From the NCBI GenBank assembly GCA_965235115.1, contig OZ249436.1, positions 10,728,001-10,792,000 of the forward strand: a DNA stretch of 64,000 nt, given 5' to 3'. The position numbers and the translations under genes are program-made. The stretch comes from Laetmonice hystrix. Taxonomy: Eukaryota. The notes under the pieces are model-generated. The model did no database searches and had not been told where the DNA came from. It saw nothing but the letters and a program-made list of their open reading frames with translations. Positions 63,536 through 64,000 of this stretch are shown here, one piece after another (within the stretch, counting starts at the first letter, position 1; every line of letters starts with the position of its first letter).

Positions 63536-64000
63536 CTGATATATTAAATGACCTTAATGTCTCTCCCTTTGTTACCAAAGGAGTGAAAAATATTCTTTCT
63601 TGGCGATTTTAAAAACTTAAATAATAAAACACAAAAGGAAAGCCATGTGCTAAATTTGTTTTAAACGGGGATGGATGTCCGCATACAAGCTGCACTTCCG
63701 AGGCGATGTCGGCGCGATAATCGGCGCCAACAAGATACAAAAAAATACAAGTAAAAAATCAACAGCGAAAAGCAAAATAACCATGAAGTAACTTTTACAG
63801 GAAGGCGACTGAAGTACAACGCCCTCTGGCGCAATTATAACAATAAAAAGTGAAAACCTTCGGCCTTCACACGAGGAGTGCGTGCGGACTTTTCATCACG
63901 CCCATCTACATCCAACTAAACATAATATTCATCGGATTCTCACGTTTATAGTTTGGGGATCAGCAGCAGCATTCATATCTGTTGTATTTTAAAAAAATTC

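Overview
Eukaryotic, repeat-rich genomic DNA, probably from a spiralian/lophotrochozoan invertebrate (inferred from the channel type and transposon families, not proven). Only two ORFs look like genuine protein genes. (1) An apparently intact IS630-Tc1-mariner transposase with DD82E spacing (Sailor type), inside a 2270-bp element with TIRs and TATA target duplications (1338-3607). (2) A DEG/ENaC channel resembling the peptide-gated FaNaC/MGIC branch, with an uninterrupted coding region on the minus strand (28696-30456), a splice acceptor just upstream and a C-terminal PDZ-binding motif. The rest is a dense patchwork of non-autonomous DNA transposons: a Sailor-like MITE, IS3EU-like MITEs with 6-bp TSDs, Kolobok-like TTAA elements (one nested, two in inverted orientation around the channel gene), PIF/Harbinger-like MITEs and an ISL2EU-like fossil with a decayed ORF. 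There are also eight unrelated tandem arrays (units of about 146, 62, 48, 89, 70, 28+(GT)n, 85 and 39/51 bp), most with a palindrome or hairpin in the unit. The other long ORFs in the track are repeat artefacts. No CRISPR array, rRNA or tRNA gene could be supported. I found no convincing wholly new multi-gene system. The best leads are the intact Sailor element with its related MITE, the orphan peptide-gated-type channel, and the satellite architecture. Family assignments come from motif recognition by eye, not database searches.
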